Source: Ureaplasma sp. (lineage in GTDB: Bacteria > Bacillota_I > Bacilli_A > Mycoplasmatales > Mycoplasmoidaceae). From it: a stretch of 64,000 bases of DNA. Below the pieces are notes generated by a model. That model saw only the letters and a program-made list of their open reading frames with translations, was not told where the DNA came from and did no database searches. This document shows positions 35,252 to 49,428 of this stretch, in pieces. The position numbers and the translations under genes were made by a program. The stretch spans positions 2,103-66,102 of the forward strand of contig JAHHTK010000002.1 in assembly GCA_020024695.1 (NCBI GenBank), in the 5' to 3' direction. Within the stretch, counting starts at the first letter, position 1. Every line of letters begins with the position of its first letter.

Positions 35252-35956
35252 TTATGATAATCGGTTTGATTTTTTTGACATTTTGACAAATAAATCTAAC
35301 CCTAATAGGCCTAACTGACTAATTACTAATAAATCGAAAGTATCAAACAAATTCTGATAAGAATAACAATAACTCCCTGCCACAATTAATTGGTAGTGGT
35401 GGGTTTGACAATAAGCCCATAATCCTTGTAAAAATAAATAATTTCCATAACCAAAAACATTATCATTTTGATTACCATGAACACTAAAATAAGGCTGGTT
35501 AGAACAAGGATTAAACATTGCTTGGTGCATGGCATTTAGGCCTGGTAAAATGCCGACTGCTTTTAATTGTTGATTTTGAATTGTTAAACAGGTGGTTCAA
35601 GTCCCATAACCAATCACCAAGACATTATTGAATGACATTTTTTGTTGCACATAATAAGTCATGAGAGCTAAATCAATCCCTAATTGGTCAATCACTAATT
35701 GATGATCATAATTCAAATAAGGTATTACATCTTGGGTTTGGACTTGGTGTAAACGAATTTGGTGCTGGTGGGCTCATGAAATTCATCAGTCTAACTCACC
35801 AAAATAGGTTTGAAAATAATAAATCTCTTGATAATCTTGTTGGGCAAGGGTTATCAAAAATTCTTCTTGTTGCTCATAAGAAAAGAGCTTGATTTCATCC
35901 CGAAGTTTACACTTAATATAACTATTCCCAAAATCAATCAATCCAGAATGTTGCAT
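35252..35956 (-). CDS. coaX: Type III pantothenate kinase-like protein (divergent)
   Basis: With TGA=Trp the frame is 234 aa. LIDFGNSYIK, LGIDL, VLVIGYGTWTT and GILPGL correspond to the CoaX motifs DxGN, GxDR, DxGTATT and GxIxPG. Confidence 0.7.
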
Positions 35957-35980
35957 ATGAAACTTTCTTTAAATATAAGA

Positions 35981-36056
35981 TGGTGCACATGAGGAGATTC
36001 GAACTCCCAAAACCAAGTGTCTGAAACTTGGACGTCTACCGTTCCATCACATGTGC
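35981..36056 (-). tRNA. tRNA (CAG), Leu-type but lacking the long variable arm
   Basis: GCACATG TG ATGG AACGGTAG ACGT C CAAGT TTCAGAC ACTTG GTTTT GGGAG TTCGAAT CTCCT CATGTGC A CCA (76 nt). Confidence 0.85.
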
Positions 36057-36063
36057 GTGCTTC

Positions 36064-38373
36064 TTAATATTTAATTTTATTATCATTTATAAAATTAGCG
36101 GGGATTTCATAACTTTTTTTCAACTTATCAGCCACAATTAAAACCATAATTTGGTTAATAATGCTTGGATTGTTTTCAAAAACAATCCATTCATTGGACC
36201 GAATATTAAATAAGTGATAAGTTTGACAAACATGAAAATGATAGGGTTGTCCTTCATTTAAAGTCTTATCATATTTATCATTGTGTAAATATTCTTGATA
36301 AAGATTTAACAAAAATAAATAAAACACCACTTGCAATTCATGTTCTATGGTTAAACTATCCACAAACTTAAATTCAAAAAAGATGTCACTAGCAACGAGA
36401 TCAAAAATTCCTGCTAGATCATATTTTTTGATTTTCAAGTTGGTTTGGAATTGAGCTTGAAACCAATCTAAAAAGGTTTTAGAAAACTCATTAACAAACC
36501 CACCTGTTGTTTTAGTTAATTTTAAACCAATTTCTAATTGAGCTTTTTGATAATCTATTGGTTCTTGAGCGTAATTATCAACTGCTTTTTGAATGGTTTG
36601 AACGGTTCTTTGTTTCACTAACTCTCAATCCTGAAAATTGTCTAACCAATTGAATTCTTTAATTTGGTGAATCGGATTTAAGATGGTATTAGCTAAACTA
36701 TAAATACTGGTAGCTAATAATAAATCTTGTTGTAAGGTAGTATATTTTTCTAAGGCTTCTTTTTGATTTATTAAATACTTAAAATCATCACCATAATTTG
36801 AATGGCCTAGACGGTCTCATAAATGGTCTCAGGTCTTTTTTAAGGTCTTATTAGTAAGGACTTCTCCCTTAGTTTGATATCCTAATAATTTATCAACTGA
36901 TAAACTGGTAAACAAGATAGAATTAATGGCACTAATATCTTGAATTAATTGGTTTTGTTTTTTAGTATATGTCGGGAGATCAATTAAACTTAACTTTTGT
37001 TTTTGACGATTCTTAATTTGAGTTAATAATTGGTTAATTTTGATTTCAAGGTTCGATGATAAAAACTTACCAATTCTAGAACCTTGTAAATTTAGGTTTT
37101 CAATGGCTTCATCATCAATCTTTTTAAACTCTTGTTTTAAATCTTTTTGGAGATTAAGTCGGGACCATTCAGGCATCTGAATAAGCTTATCATGCATTAA
37201 TTGTTGATAATCAATAAATTGATAACTAGTTCGGAAATGGCTATGATGGCTAGCATTTACAATAACTATTTCTTGTAAGGCTCTTGTTAACCCCACATAG
37301 GTTTGGTTCAGAATTTGTTTTGCAATAATCTGTTGGTCATATTGGTTATTAAAAATATAACCAAATGATAAATAGATAACAAGTTTTCGTTCCCTGCCTT
37401 TAGCAGTTCAAGGTGTTGCAAAAACTAGTTTATGTTTAATGACTTTATTATCAAAACTTTTTTGATCATCATCAGGAAAAAAGACGGGAATATTTCTTTT
37501 CACCAACATGTTTTCTAGCATTTGACTAGGTGATTGACTTTCATTATCACTGTTCAAACTATCACTAATAATAAAAATATCTTCTGGTAAATATTCATGA
37601 TTGTCAATTTTATCTTGAATAAAATCAGCAATTTTAGTCAGTTCTTGTTTGTCATACAAATTAGTTAAATGTCAATAATTTACTAAAACATCATTTTGTT
37701 TTTCACTAACAATCGTATCTGAATCTTGATCAAAGCAATAAGTGTTTAGAAAATGGGCAATATTTGCAGGTAACCGAAACGAAGTTGAAAGGCGTTTTTG
37801 ATCAACTTTCTTATTGATGATTAATTGATCTAAATTGTTTAACCATCAATCATGACTATCTTTAAATTCATAAATGGTTTGCCGAAAATCACCTAGAGCT
37901 AATAATTTAGCTTGATGATGGGTTTGTAAAAGAATAGTTAAAAATTTCCAATACAAAGTATTACAATCCTGAAATTCATCAGCAACTAAAATATCAAATT
38001 TTAATTTCATAATTTGAATTTCATTCAAAGGATTGTCTAACCATTGATTTAATAAATTATCATTATTAATTGCACTCTCTTTTTTAAAATGAGCATTTTT
38101 TAATTGGATATATGTTGCTAACCCATGATAGGTATAAACACTTAAATTAGTTAGTTTAAGTTTCTTAGCCTTTTCACTCATTTCATTTTTAAGAAAACGG
38201 TTATATGTAATAACAAGAATTTGTTTTGAGGGATTTTGTTGTGCAAGTAAAAAAATGGTGGTGGATTTTCCTGATCCAGCAACTGCTTGAACTTTGACAA
38301 CATCATTTACTTTTAAACTATCAATAATATCTTGTTGTTCTTTAGAGGGAATAATTTCATTTTTCTTATTCAT
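36064..38373 (-). CDS. UvrD/Rep-like SF1 helicase fused to a C-terminal PD-(D/E)xK nuclease-like domain
   Basis: Motifs AVAGSGKST, ITYN, DEFQD, GDFRQTIY, SFR, AKGRER and YVGLTRA; C-terminal GIFDL...FEFKF...HELQVVFY; 769 aa in one frame. Confidence 0.8.
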
Positions 38374-38427
38374 ACTATATTATTTTAGACTATTTTTAAA
38401 AAACCTTAAAAAATCGTTCAATGACAC

Positions 38428-38454
38428 AAAAAAGTGTAGGTAGAACCTACACTT
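38428..38454 (-). terminator. Terminator of the arc operon
   Basis: Minus strand AAGTGTAGG-TTCTA-CCTACACTT-TTTT. Confidence 0.85.
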
Positions 38455-38481
38455 CGTATGTAAATATCTTTTTAGGAAAGA

Positions 38482-40359
38482 CTAATTGCTAGTGCATTGG
38501 CAGTCATCACCATCACAGCATGATGAACTTTGTTCAACTACTGCAACTGGTTCTTGATCTACTAATGGTTCACGGTTAACAACGTCTCAAGTTTCATTTT
38601 GAACTTCACTTGGTTGTTCAATTTCTTCGCTTGATACTAATACGTCTTCTGGGTTTGATGCAGCAATGATGTAAGCAATTTCGTTTGCTTTTGCTTCGTC
38701 AAATGCTTCAACTGAACCATATTTCTTTTTACCGATTGCGTCTTCAACGATGGTTGGAACAATCATTAAAGCTAAGAATAAGAAGAAGACAACAACTGTT
38801 AAGACACGTGAAACAATTTGTTCTGTTCATTCTGCACCTGAAGCAACGTTTGTTGTTGCCATTTGGTATAACATGAACATGTTAATGAATGGTGCTAAGA
38901 AAGTAAATGCTAATGCTAAACCAACAACGACGATTGCTGAGTAAGCCATTGGTAAGAAGTATGACTTTCTATCAGTTACAAGTCTGTTAGTTTTTCTATT
39001 TCTGACCCCACCATAAATTGATAACATAATGAATGAGAATGCTAAAACAGCAGTTCATGTACCCATTAAGTCACAGAATGAGTATAATTGACCCATTCCT
39101 TGTCCGTAACCTGTACCATAACCAACTGTGTCAACGTAGCCTAAACCACCGATGATACAGAAGAGGATAACGATTGGCATTGAAATAACAATGTTATAAA
39201 TAATACCAACTCATGGTTTGTTTGCGTTTAATTTTGATGCGTATTTTGCTGAGAAAGGTAATTCACCTTCACGGATTAAGTCTTCTGTGAAACGTGGTGC
39301 TCACATAGCGAAACCGTTAATAATACCTAAAACACCAATTGCGATTAAGATTTGGAATAAACCATAAACTCAGTTTACACCGTTTGTTGATGCGTGTTTT
39401 GCTAATCATCCTTCAAGACCAAATGGTGAACCACTTGCTGGGTTAGCAACTGACATTGAAACTGCGATTAATAAGTAAATTACAGTAACAAGAATTAAAC
39501 CAAATAAAATTGCTAATGGAGTTTTCTTTGGTTCTTTCATTTCGGTTTGAATACCTGCTGTTACATAGAAACCATCATATGCGAAGAAGATAGCACCGAC
39601 TGAAATAAATAAACCGATACCTGGTGACATTTGTGCAAAGTTGTTTGGATCGGTTGGGAAGTTTTCTGGTTCAAACCCTGCTGATGGAGCTAAAACACCA
39701 GCAACATCGTTTTGACCATGACCCATACCAATAATAACGAAACCAATAATAGCTGCGAATACTAATGGAATGAATTTAACTGATGTAACGATTCAGTTTT
39801 GAATGTTACCTGCTCTTGAACTAATACCTGATACTACGATGAAGTATAAGCTCATTAAAATTGCGATTACCATTGCGACTGCTCAGTCTGCTGTTCCACC
39901 AAAGGTACCAGCACCACCAAAACCTTGAACACCGTCTTGGAAAGACATGACAACGTATAATGGCATGAAGAAGTATGTTAATGGTAAATAAATATAGAAC
40001 ATGAAGTTTTTACACATTTTGTAAACAAAACGTGAGTTAAAAGCTTTTGTTCAACCGATAAGTGATAAGTTATCGTTCCGAGCACTTGAAATTTCGATAA
40101 GTGCTAAAGCCATAGCGATTACACCGAAGGCAGCAACTAATCAGGTAAAAATTGAGAAAATTTGACTACCAAATGAGTTTGCCATAACGGTACCTTGTTT
40201 GAAGAAGATACCAGCACCAACAGATGAACCAACTACAACCATCATTGCTGAGAAGAATCCAATTTTTTTACTTGTAGGAGCGTCAGCAATGCTAATTTGT
40301 TGTGAATCACTACCACCTTCAACTAATGTTGATGTTGTAGCTTGAGCTGTTTCTGTCAT
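38482..40359 (-). CDS. APC-family amino acid permease, probable arginine/ornithine antiporter
   Basis: Motifs VGSSVGAGIFFK and FFAYDGF...EMKEPKK, many hydrophobic segments, immediately after arcC; 625 aa. Confidence 0.85.
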
Positions 40360-40453
40360 AATAAAAATCTTATTGTGATAAAAAGCAAGGCTTAAAGCAA
40401 AACCACAAGAATTTGATCTTATGGAATGTTTATGCGAGAGATGGTCGCTCTAA

Positions 40454-41386
40454 TTAAAGAACAATTTTAGTACCTGTTTCACCTCTTAAAGCTTCTTCAA
40501 CTTTAGTTAAATCAGCAATAATTGCGGTACGGCCAGGTTTTGCCTTAACGAAGCTCATACATGCTTGAACTTTTGGTAACATACTACCAGGTGCAAATTG
40601 ATTTTCACCGATGTATTTTTCTAATTCTTCACATCCAACTTCAATTAAAGCTTTTTGATCTGGTTTACCTCAGTTTACGTATACACGGTCAACTGCAGTT
40701 AATACGATAAATGTGTCAGCGTCGATTAAATCAGCCATTTTTGAACATGCGAAGTCTTTATCAATAACTCCATCAACACCTACGAATTCACCGTTTTCTT
40801 GGATTACTGGAATACCACCACCACCACAGGTAATGACAGTTACGCCTGCGTTAACAAGAGCTTTAACAGCTGCTGTATTAACAAATCCGATTGGTTTTGG
40901 ACTTGGAACAACTTTACGGAATCCACGTCCTGCGTCTTCAACGATTGTTGAATTTGGGTTAGCTGCTTCAGCAGCTTCTTTAGTTTCATAGAATGGACCT
41001 ACTGGTTTTGTAGGGTTCTTGAAAGCTGGGTCGTTTTTGTCTACGATTGTGTCAGTTAAAGTATAGATAACTGATTTACCGTTTAACCCATGTTCGTTAA
41101 AGCTATTTCTAATAGCTGTTAACATGTGGTAACCGATGTAACCTTGACTCATACCACCACATTCTGCGAATGGGATTAATGGAGTTTTTGGGTTAATTTT
41201 GTGAGCATCGGCAAAAGCATTGAAAATCATCCCGACTTGTGGACCATTACCGTGTCCAACTACAACGGTGTGGCCTTCTTTAGTTAAACTTGCAACTTTT
41301 TCAGCTGGAGTTTTAACTAATTCTTTTTGTTCTTCAGGGTTATTTCCTAATGCGTTACCACCTAAAGCAATAACGATTTTTGACAT
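40454..41386 (-). CDS. arcC: Carbamate kinase
   Basis: Motifs IALGGNAL, HGNGPQVG, NPTKPVGPFY, GGGGIPV, VIDKD and GSMLPKV. Confidence 0.97.
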
Positions 41387-41457
41387 TATTAATCCTAATT
41401 AAATAAATTGAGTTAAGTAACAATAAATAATTACTTTTGAGTTTTAAATGTTAGTTA

Positions 41458-42546
41458 TTAAAGAGCGTTTCCACCAATAACTGCACCTAAAATAGCACAG
41501 ATTGATCATACACGGAATTCAGCTTCTGTGAATTGTAATGATCATTTTGGACTATAGAATACTTCGTTTGTACATTCAAGTTCACCGTTTGCAACTTGTG
41601 GGAATTCTTTTCCGTAAGTTTGTGCAACTTCGTCACCCATCTTTGTACCCATTCCGTGGAATGCTGGTAAACAGTGCATGAATTTAACTGTTGGTTTAGC
41701 AGCGTTTAACATCTTAGCGTCAACTTGGAATGGTGTGAATTTAACCATTGCGTCTGCTCATTCGCTCATTGGGTGTCCTAATGAAACTCATACGTCAGTT
41801 GTAATGATGTCTGCATCTTTTGCAGCTTTAATTTTGTCATCACTGAATGAAACACTACCACCATTTTGTGCGAATAATTTTTCACATTTTGCCATGATGT
41901 TTTTGTCCATAGCTTCTAAGCCACCTAATGCTTTAGGACCACATAAAACTAAATCCATACCTGCGAATGCAGCTAAGATTAATCATGAGTGTCCCATGTT
42001 GTTTACGTAGTCACCTACGAAAACAACTTTTTTACCTACAACGTTTGAAACGCTACCGAAGTGGTATGCGATTGTTGCGTAGTCAGCAATAATTTGAGTT
42101 GGGTGTTCGATATCACTCATACCGTTGATAACTGGAACTTCTGAACCTTCCATCATTGCTAAAATTTCGTCGTCAGCTGAGTGTGCTGGTTCGCTACCTG
42201 ATGCTGGTTTTGCGATTGGACGGTATGCGATTGCGTCATACATGTGTCCTAAAACGAAACCTGTATCTTTAACGGTTTCTTTTGTACCAAAGTTTGCACC
42301 TGTTCCTGGTGTAATTAAGTAGATGTGTCCACCTAATTTTTCAACAGCGTTAAAGAATGCGTTTTGAGTACGTGTTGAACCTTTTTCGTAAACTTGACAA
42401 ACAGTTTTGCCTTCTAAAACTTTTGGCATTGCGCCAACATCGTTCATTGATTTGTAGTTTAAACTATTACGAATTAAACCACGGACTTGTTCAGTTGAGA
42501 AATCTAAAACACTGAAAAAGTCTTTTCCTAAAATACTTAAGCCCAT
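41458..42546 (-). CDS. arcB: Ornithine carbamoyltransferase (catabolic), divergent
   Basis: Motifs STRT, HPTQ, DVWVSLG and FMHCLP; upstream of arcC; 362 aa. Confidence 0.85.
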
Positions 42547-42714
42547 TTAAATGGCCTCCCTGTGTTATTCAAAGAAATTATTTTTTACCCACTATGTATT
42601 ATATTATTTATCCAATCAAAATGCTTGGGACTAAAAAAATACGATTTAAAATAATTTAATTTTTTAGATTTTAAATAAATTCAGTTTTAATTCTTGGGTT
42701 TTGTTAACATTTAC

Positions 42715-43998
42715 CTAATTTTTAGTGACTTTTTCTACTAATGGATCTAAATCCAAAAAACTTGAATATACAACAGTCCCCATTTCTAAACTGCCTTGGT
42801 TAATCGAGTTCATATATTTGATGACTGTAGCATAAAAATCTTTCAATAATTTGCGTAATTGAAAGTTCAAACTGGTGAAAACTTTGGGGTCAAAATCAAG
42901 GTGATTTTGATGAATAGTTTGAAGATATAACAGTGGGATTTGATGAATACTTTGTTCTAAATAAACTGCTAACTCACATTGAGCTAAATAACTAATATGG
43001 GTGTATTGATATAAGAGATTAATCCCAGGCACAGCATTCACATATTGAGCTAAACTGGTTTCTTGAAAACTTACAGTCATCCCACCAATTGGATAAAATA
43101 CATCATCAAATAAATTAAATTCAGGTTGGTATTGTTGTAACAAGGCTAACGCTAAACTATTATTAACTAACACTTGCCGAACATCAACAATTTGATTAGT
43201 ATCAAGACTAGTTTTAAAGATTAATCCTTTAAAATAGATGTCACTATGATCAAGAACATCTATTATGGTTTGAACAATATGGAAAGTATTTTCTAAAGCA
43301 TCATCACTTACTGTAATTGGAACCAAATCATTATTTTTAAATTGGGAATAATGGTTGTGTGCGACCTGAAAAGTTTGTAAAGCTTGATAAAATGGATTTT
43401 CAGGTTGTAATAAATCCTTTAATAATGTGTCCACAATGATGGTTTGAGCACTAGGATTATTTTCATAGGCTTGTTTTAAGAACTTAATTTGGTCAAGGAT
43501 TTTGGGAGCCTGAGCTAAAAATAAATTGTCATCCAATTGTTGTTTGGTATCAAGGTTTAAGACACAATTGCCTAAGACATCATTTTGCAATTGCTTTTGT
43601 AATTGCAAAGGGTCTTGATTTAAGACTTCTTTCTTCAAACTTGCTAACATTCCCATTAAATCGACAGCCATCTCAGGATTGACTTGGGGCATTGCTTGAT
43701 AATTAAAGTCAGGGGCTGAAATGACTTCAAAATCATTAGCTAAATAACCAATCAACACAAATGTATAGCCATAATGATAAAGGATACCATAGACGCTCAT
43801 TCAATACTTAAAGATGGTTTTTAAACTATCTTGATTGTATAAAACGACTTTTGAAATACTAGCATTGAATTGGGTTTCAATCTGATGAATTAAATCTTGC
43901 ATTAAATGATCAAAACTCATATTGTTATTCATTAACCCTAAACGCATTTTTAAATATAACTGACCGATTTGTTTAAAAAGCAGTTGTTTGTTTCCCAT
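42715..43998 (-). CDS. Hypothetical protein (427 aa) between arcA and arcB
   Basis: AGGAG SD; two ORFs joined by one TGA; no recognisable motif. Confidence 0.75.
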
Positions 43999-44045
43999 TT
44001 TTTACTCCTATTGAGTTAAATATGACTTATTTATATCACAATTAC

Positions 44046-44077
44046 AAAACAAAACTCTTCCAAGAACTGGAAGAGTT
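44046..44077 (-). terminator. Terminator after arcA
   Basis: Minus strand AACTCTTCCA-GTTCT-TGGAAGAGTT-TTGTTTT. Confidence 0.8.
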
Positions 44078-44131
44078 GGACGAGATTATCTTAATAATGG
44101 AACATTATTAACAAGAAATTATGAATTTAAA

Positions 44132-45367
<1,236 letters not shown>

Positions 45368-45503
45368 AATAGCAACTCTTTCTTGGCTAAAGCCATAATA
45401 AATTTATACCTTTATTATAGTATGTTTTAAGAAGCATAAACCATGAGAGGGGCATTTTTATCAATGTTTCTTGAATTCACCCTAATCTCTGTTGATTTTT
45501 ACC

Positions 45504-47417
45504 TTAATTTCCGTTTTTTTCTGGTTTTTTAGGATTTTTAGGGGTTTTGACCACCTTTTTGACAATGCTTGTATAATCAAGTACCCACTGATTCAAGATT
45601 TCGGCCGCCTGTTTTCAAGGCTCGACTTGGTTTAAATCAATCCCTAACAACTTAATCGTGTCCATGGGTGATAAACTATTCCCAGCACTTAAAAAGTTGT
45701 AATACGCTTCAATTGTGCTTTGGTCATGGTGAAAAATCTTCTCAGCTAATAACAAAGCACAAACTTGGCCAATACTATATTTATAAACATAGAAATTCCC
45801 ACTATAAAAATGGCTCACAAACAACGTACTTAATCCATATTTATAAAGATAATTCTTTTGTTTAAAAACCTTTGGCTTAAGCACTTGGTATTCTAATTCG
45901 GTTTCTAAATAAGATTGAGCGACACTCTCAACACTAAAAGGTTGGCCCGTTTCAATCATTTCATTCGCTTTTCATTCAAACCGTGACAAAATAATTTGAT
46001 CAAGCGTAGCTCCAAAGGTTTCATAAATTAAATGCTTATAAATATAAAGCACCATTTCTTGATCATGAGCAAACATATCTAATAAATAATAAGCTAATAA
46101 AATTTCATTCGTTAAAGAAGCAATCTCAGCACAAAAGATTGGCATATTGGCTTGGTTAGGATGTTTGTTTTTGGAAAAATAGTTTTGAGCACTATGGCCA
46201 AGTTCATGAATTAAGGTCGCTAAACTGCCATAACTATAATCATAATTTAATAAGATTAGTGAATAATCGGTTGGAAACCCTAACCCTTGGGTATAACCAC
46301 CCGAACTTTTATTTTCTTTAGGCATTCAATCAATATAGCGACTAGCTAACATCTTTTGAATAAATTCAATATAAGGTTGTCCAAAACAACTTAAAGCATT
46401 GACGACAATTTGTTTTGCTTGGTCAATCCCAAAATAATAGTTGGCTTTAGTCACAGCTAAATAAGTATCATACCCATAAATCTTTGGATACCCATACCGA
46501 TATTTCAATAACTTTTTAGTATAGCGATTATATAACCGATGGGCTGGGGCAAACAAATGTCCCATCTCATACACGTGCTTAACAAAATCTATCTCAATTT
46601 CATCTTGTTCACAACAAGCTTGAATATAGTTTTCATAATGATAGGCTTTTGCTCAAGCATTCGCATTTAAATAATGAAAATATAAGCACTGGCAAACAGT
46701 ATGACAAACAGATTCATAACCTTTTTTTAAAGCATAATAAGCATGTTTTCTTAAAACACGGTCAGAATCTTGTAATGCTTGGTTAATTTCTAAACTGGTA
46801 GTTAATACATGGGGTTGATGGCGAGAATCATAAACCGTGGCAAATTTTAAATCTTGATCAACGATTGTTTCATATAGAGCCCCAAAACTGGAATTATCTT
46901 TGGATAATTCATTCACTAACTTTTCTTGGTCTTTGAATAAGGTATGCTTTTGGTTTTTAAAAATGAGTTCATAATCTCTTTTTAAATAACCAAGACTTGG
47001 ATCAATGTCAAGATAGTGTTGAATAATTGCTTGATGAGCAATGATTTCATTAACATCATTGTAATAGACATCATAATAGTCCTGGGCCCATAAACTAACT
47101 TGGGCATAGATACTATTAGATACAGGATCATCTTGCTGTAAAGCACTTAAAGCATCAGCATAGGCATAAATCCGACTTAAAATTTCATTTAATTGGTGGG
47201 TATGGTTAACAAACAATTGAAAATTTTCAAGACTGTCAAATATCACATCATGGTTAGCAATTAATCAATCTTTGTGAACTTGAGCCTCATCTAACCATTG
47301 AGTGGGAGTTTTATTTTCTAACAACAAACTTGGGTCTCATTGCAATTGGTCGTTGTGCAAATCAGCTTGCATTTGGGCTTTTGTTAATTTGGTTCAATAT
47401 AACGTGTTAGTTTTCAT
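45504..47417 (-). CDS. Oligoendopeptidase F paralog (M3B), divergent copy
   Basis: Motifs KSSGGY, LIHELGHS, FCAEIAS and HFYSGNFYVYKYSIG; 637 aa. Confidence 0.85.
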
Positions 47418-47470
47418 ATTACTAATTAAAAAGGCTTAAAGTTTTCTTTAAGTCTTGGGAATATAAGCAA

Positions 47471-49321
47471 TTATTTTTTTAAGACTTTGCGACCAATTTT
47501 AATGAAATCTTGGATTCAAGAAGCCACAATGTCACCAGCTTGTTGTCATGGGGCATCTTGGGCTAAATCAATGTTTAATAACTTAATGGTTTCAAGTGGG
47601 TTTAAACTGTTACCGCTTGATAAGAATTTAAAGTAATTATCTTTTGCGTTTGGTTGGTTATTTAAAATGTTGTAAGCGTTAACAATTGCTGCCACTTGAC
47701 CAATGGCATATTTATAAACATAGAAGTTACCCATGTAGAAGTGACTAATTCTTAATGGAGTTAAGTTGTCAAAGTTATATGGAGCTTTTTGATATTTTTT
47801 ATCAGTAGCAGTTTTGGTTTCCATATATTGATCACTTAATTCACGGTAAGTTTGAGCCACTTTTTCATAAGTGAAGCCACTACCATTATTGACTCATTCA
47901 TTAGCAACTGCTTCAAAGTTAGAGAAAATAACTTGTCTGGTGGTAGTTGCAAAGAAATTAGAAATCATTTCATCTAAGATCATTAATGATAAATAAGCAT
48001 CATCTTTGTATTTATTTAATAAATAGTAGTTTAAAAAGACTTCGTTAGAAATTGATGAAACTTCAGCATAGAAAATAGAACAATCAGCATAAACTGGTTG
48101 GTGTTGACCAAAGAAATATGAGTTGATACTGTGGCCTAATTCATGAACTAAGGTTGAAACACCATATAATGAGTAGTCAAAGTTCATGGAAATAAAGAAC
48201 TTATCTAAACCTCGGGTGCCTCCGATAGAATAAGCTCCAGTTTGTTTGCCTGGTTTTGGTAATCAGCTAATTCAGTGTTCGTCAAAGGCTTTTTGTAATA
48301 ATGCGACATAATCATCACCTAAGACTTTTAAGGCGTCTTTGGCTTCTTGTTGAGCTTGTGGAATGGTATAGTGAACTTCTTTACTATAAAGTTCCAAACG
48401 ACCGTCTCATGGCATCACTTTATCTAATTTATAAATATGTTTTAATAATTTATTCCGCATATCACGGTATTGTTTCATTAATGGTCCATAAGCTTTTACC
48501 ATATCATACACGTGACTAATAAAGTTTTTATCAATGTGGTCTTCAAAAGCAGTAGCAGCAATATAGTCTTCAAACCCACTAGCTTTATATTTAGCATTTA
48601 ACATCATGTAGTTAAAATAAAGAGTTTGGGTTAAAGTCGCTTTATATTGATCTAAAGCATTACCAAAACTATAATAAGTATTTTTTCTTAAAACACGGTC
48701 TTTGGATTTTAAGTTAGAAAAGACATCAGCCATGGTGTTTAAAGGAATGGTCTTATTATTTTTGTTTTTGACACTTTGATATTTAATATCGTTATCTAAT
48801 AAGGTTGAGAAAATTGTTTCAAACCCTGGGTTTGCTAAACTTAATTTGGTTTTTAATAATTCACATTCAGGACTTAAAATATAAGGTTTTGTTCTTAAAA
48901 TATCATCGTAATATTTACGATAAACACTTAAACTTGGGTTTTGTAAATATTGTTTGATTTGGTCTTCGTGACTTAAAACCATGTTCGCAAAAGATGATAA
49001 GGTTGTATTTAAAGGAATACAATCTTTTGAGAAAGTTTGGGAATAACCAATGTAAACTGGGTTTGCTTGGTCTTCGTTTAAGTTATTACTAATATAGTTC
49101 ATGACCCGATTAGTTTTCATTTCAAACGCATCACTTAATTGAGTTCAGACTTGAAAATTAGCTAATGAATCTAAAAAATGAGGGTAAGCTTGAATAATTT
49201 CATCTCTTAAACTTAATCATTCTTGATAGAAAACATCTCAAGTCTTGCCTTCTAATAAATAATCAAGATCTCATTTGTAATCAGGATTTTGAGCATCGAT
49301 TTGTAATTGTTTTTGATCCAT
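47471..49321 (-). CDS. pepF: Oligoendopeptidase F (M3B)
   Basis: Motifs YKWDL, GKQTGAYSIG, LVHELGHS, FYAEVSS and HFYMGNFYVYKYAIG; 616 aa. Confidence 0.92.
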
Positions 49322-49372
49322 AATTATCCTTTAATAAATGTTTGTAATTAATATTTTAACCCGTTCAAAAAT

Positions 49373-49402
49373 AAAAAGCAAAACCCATATGGATTTTGCT
49401 TT
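49373..49402 (-). terminator. Terminator after tuf
   Basis: Minus strand AAAGCAAAATCC-ATAT-GGGTTTTGCTTT-TT. Confidence 0.85.
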
Positions 49403-49428
49403 AATATAAATGAGTTAAGTTTTAAAAA

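Noticed and set aside
35981..38400. tRNA-anchored integrated element carrying the helicase
   Set aside because: No integrase and no duplicated tRNA end (att site) were seen, and the helicase lies 5' of the tRNA.
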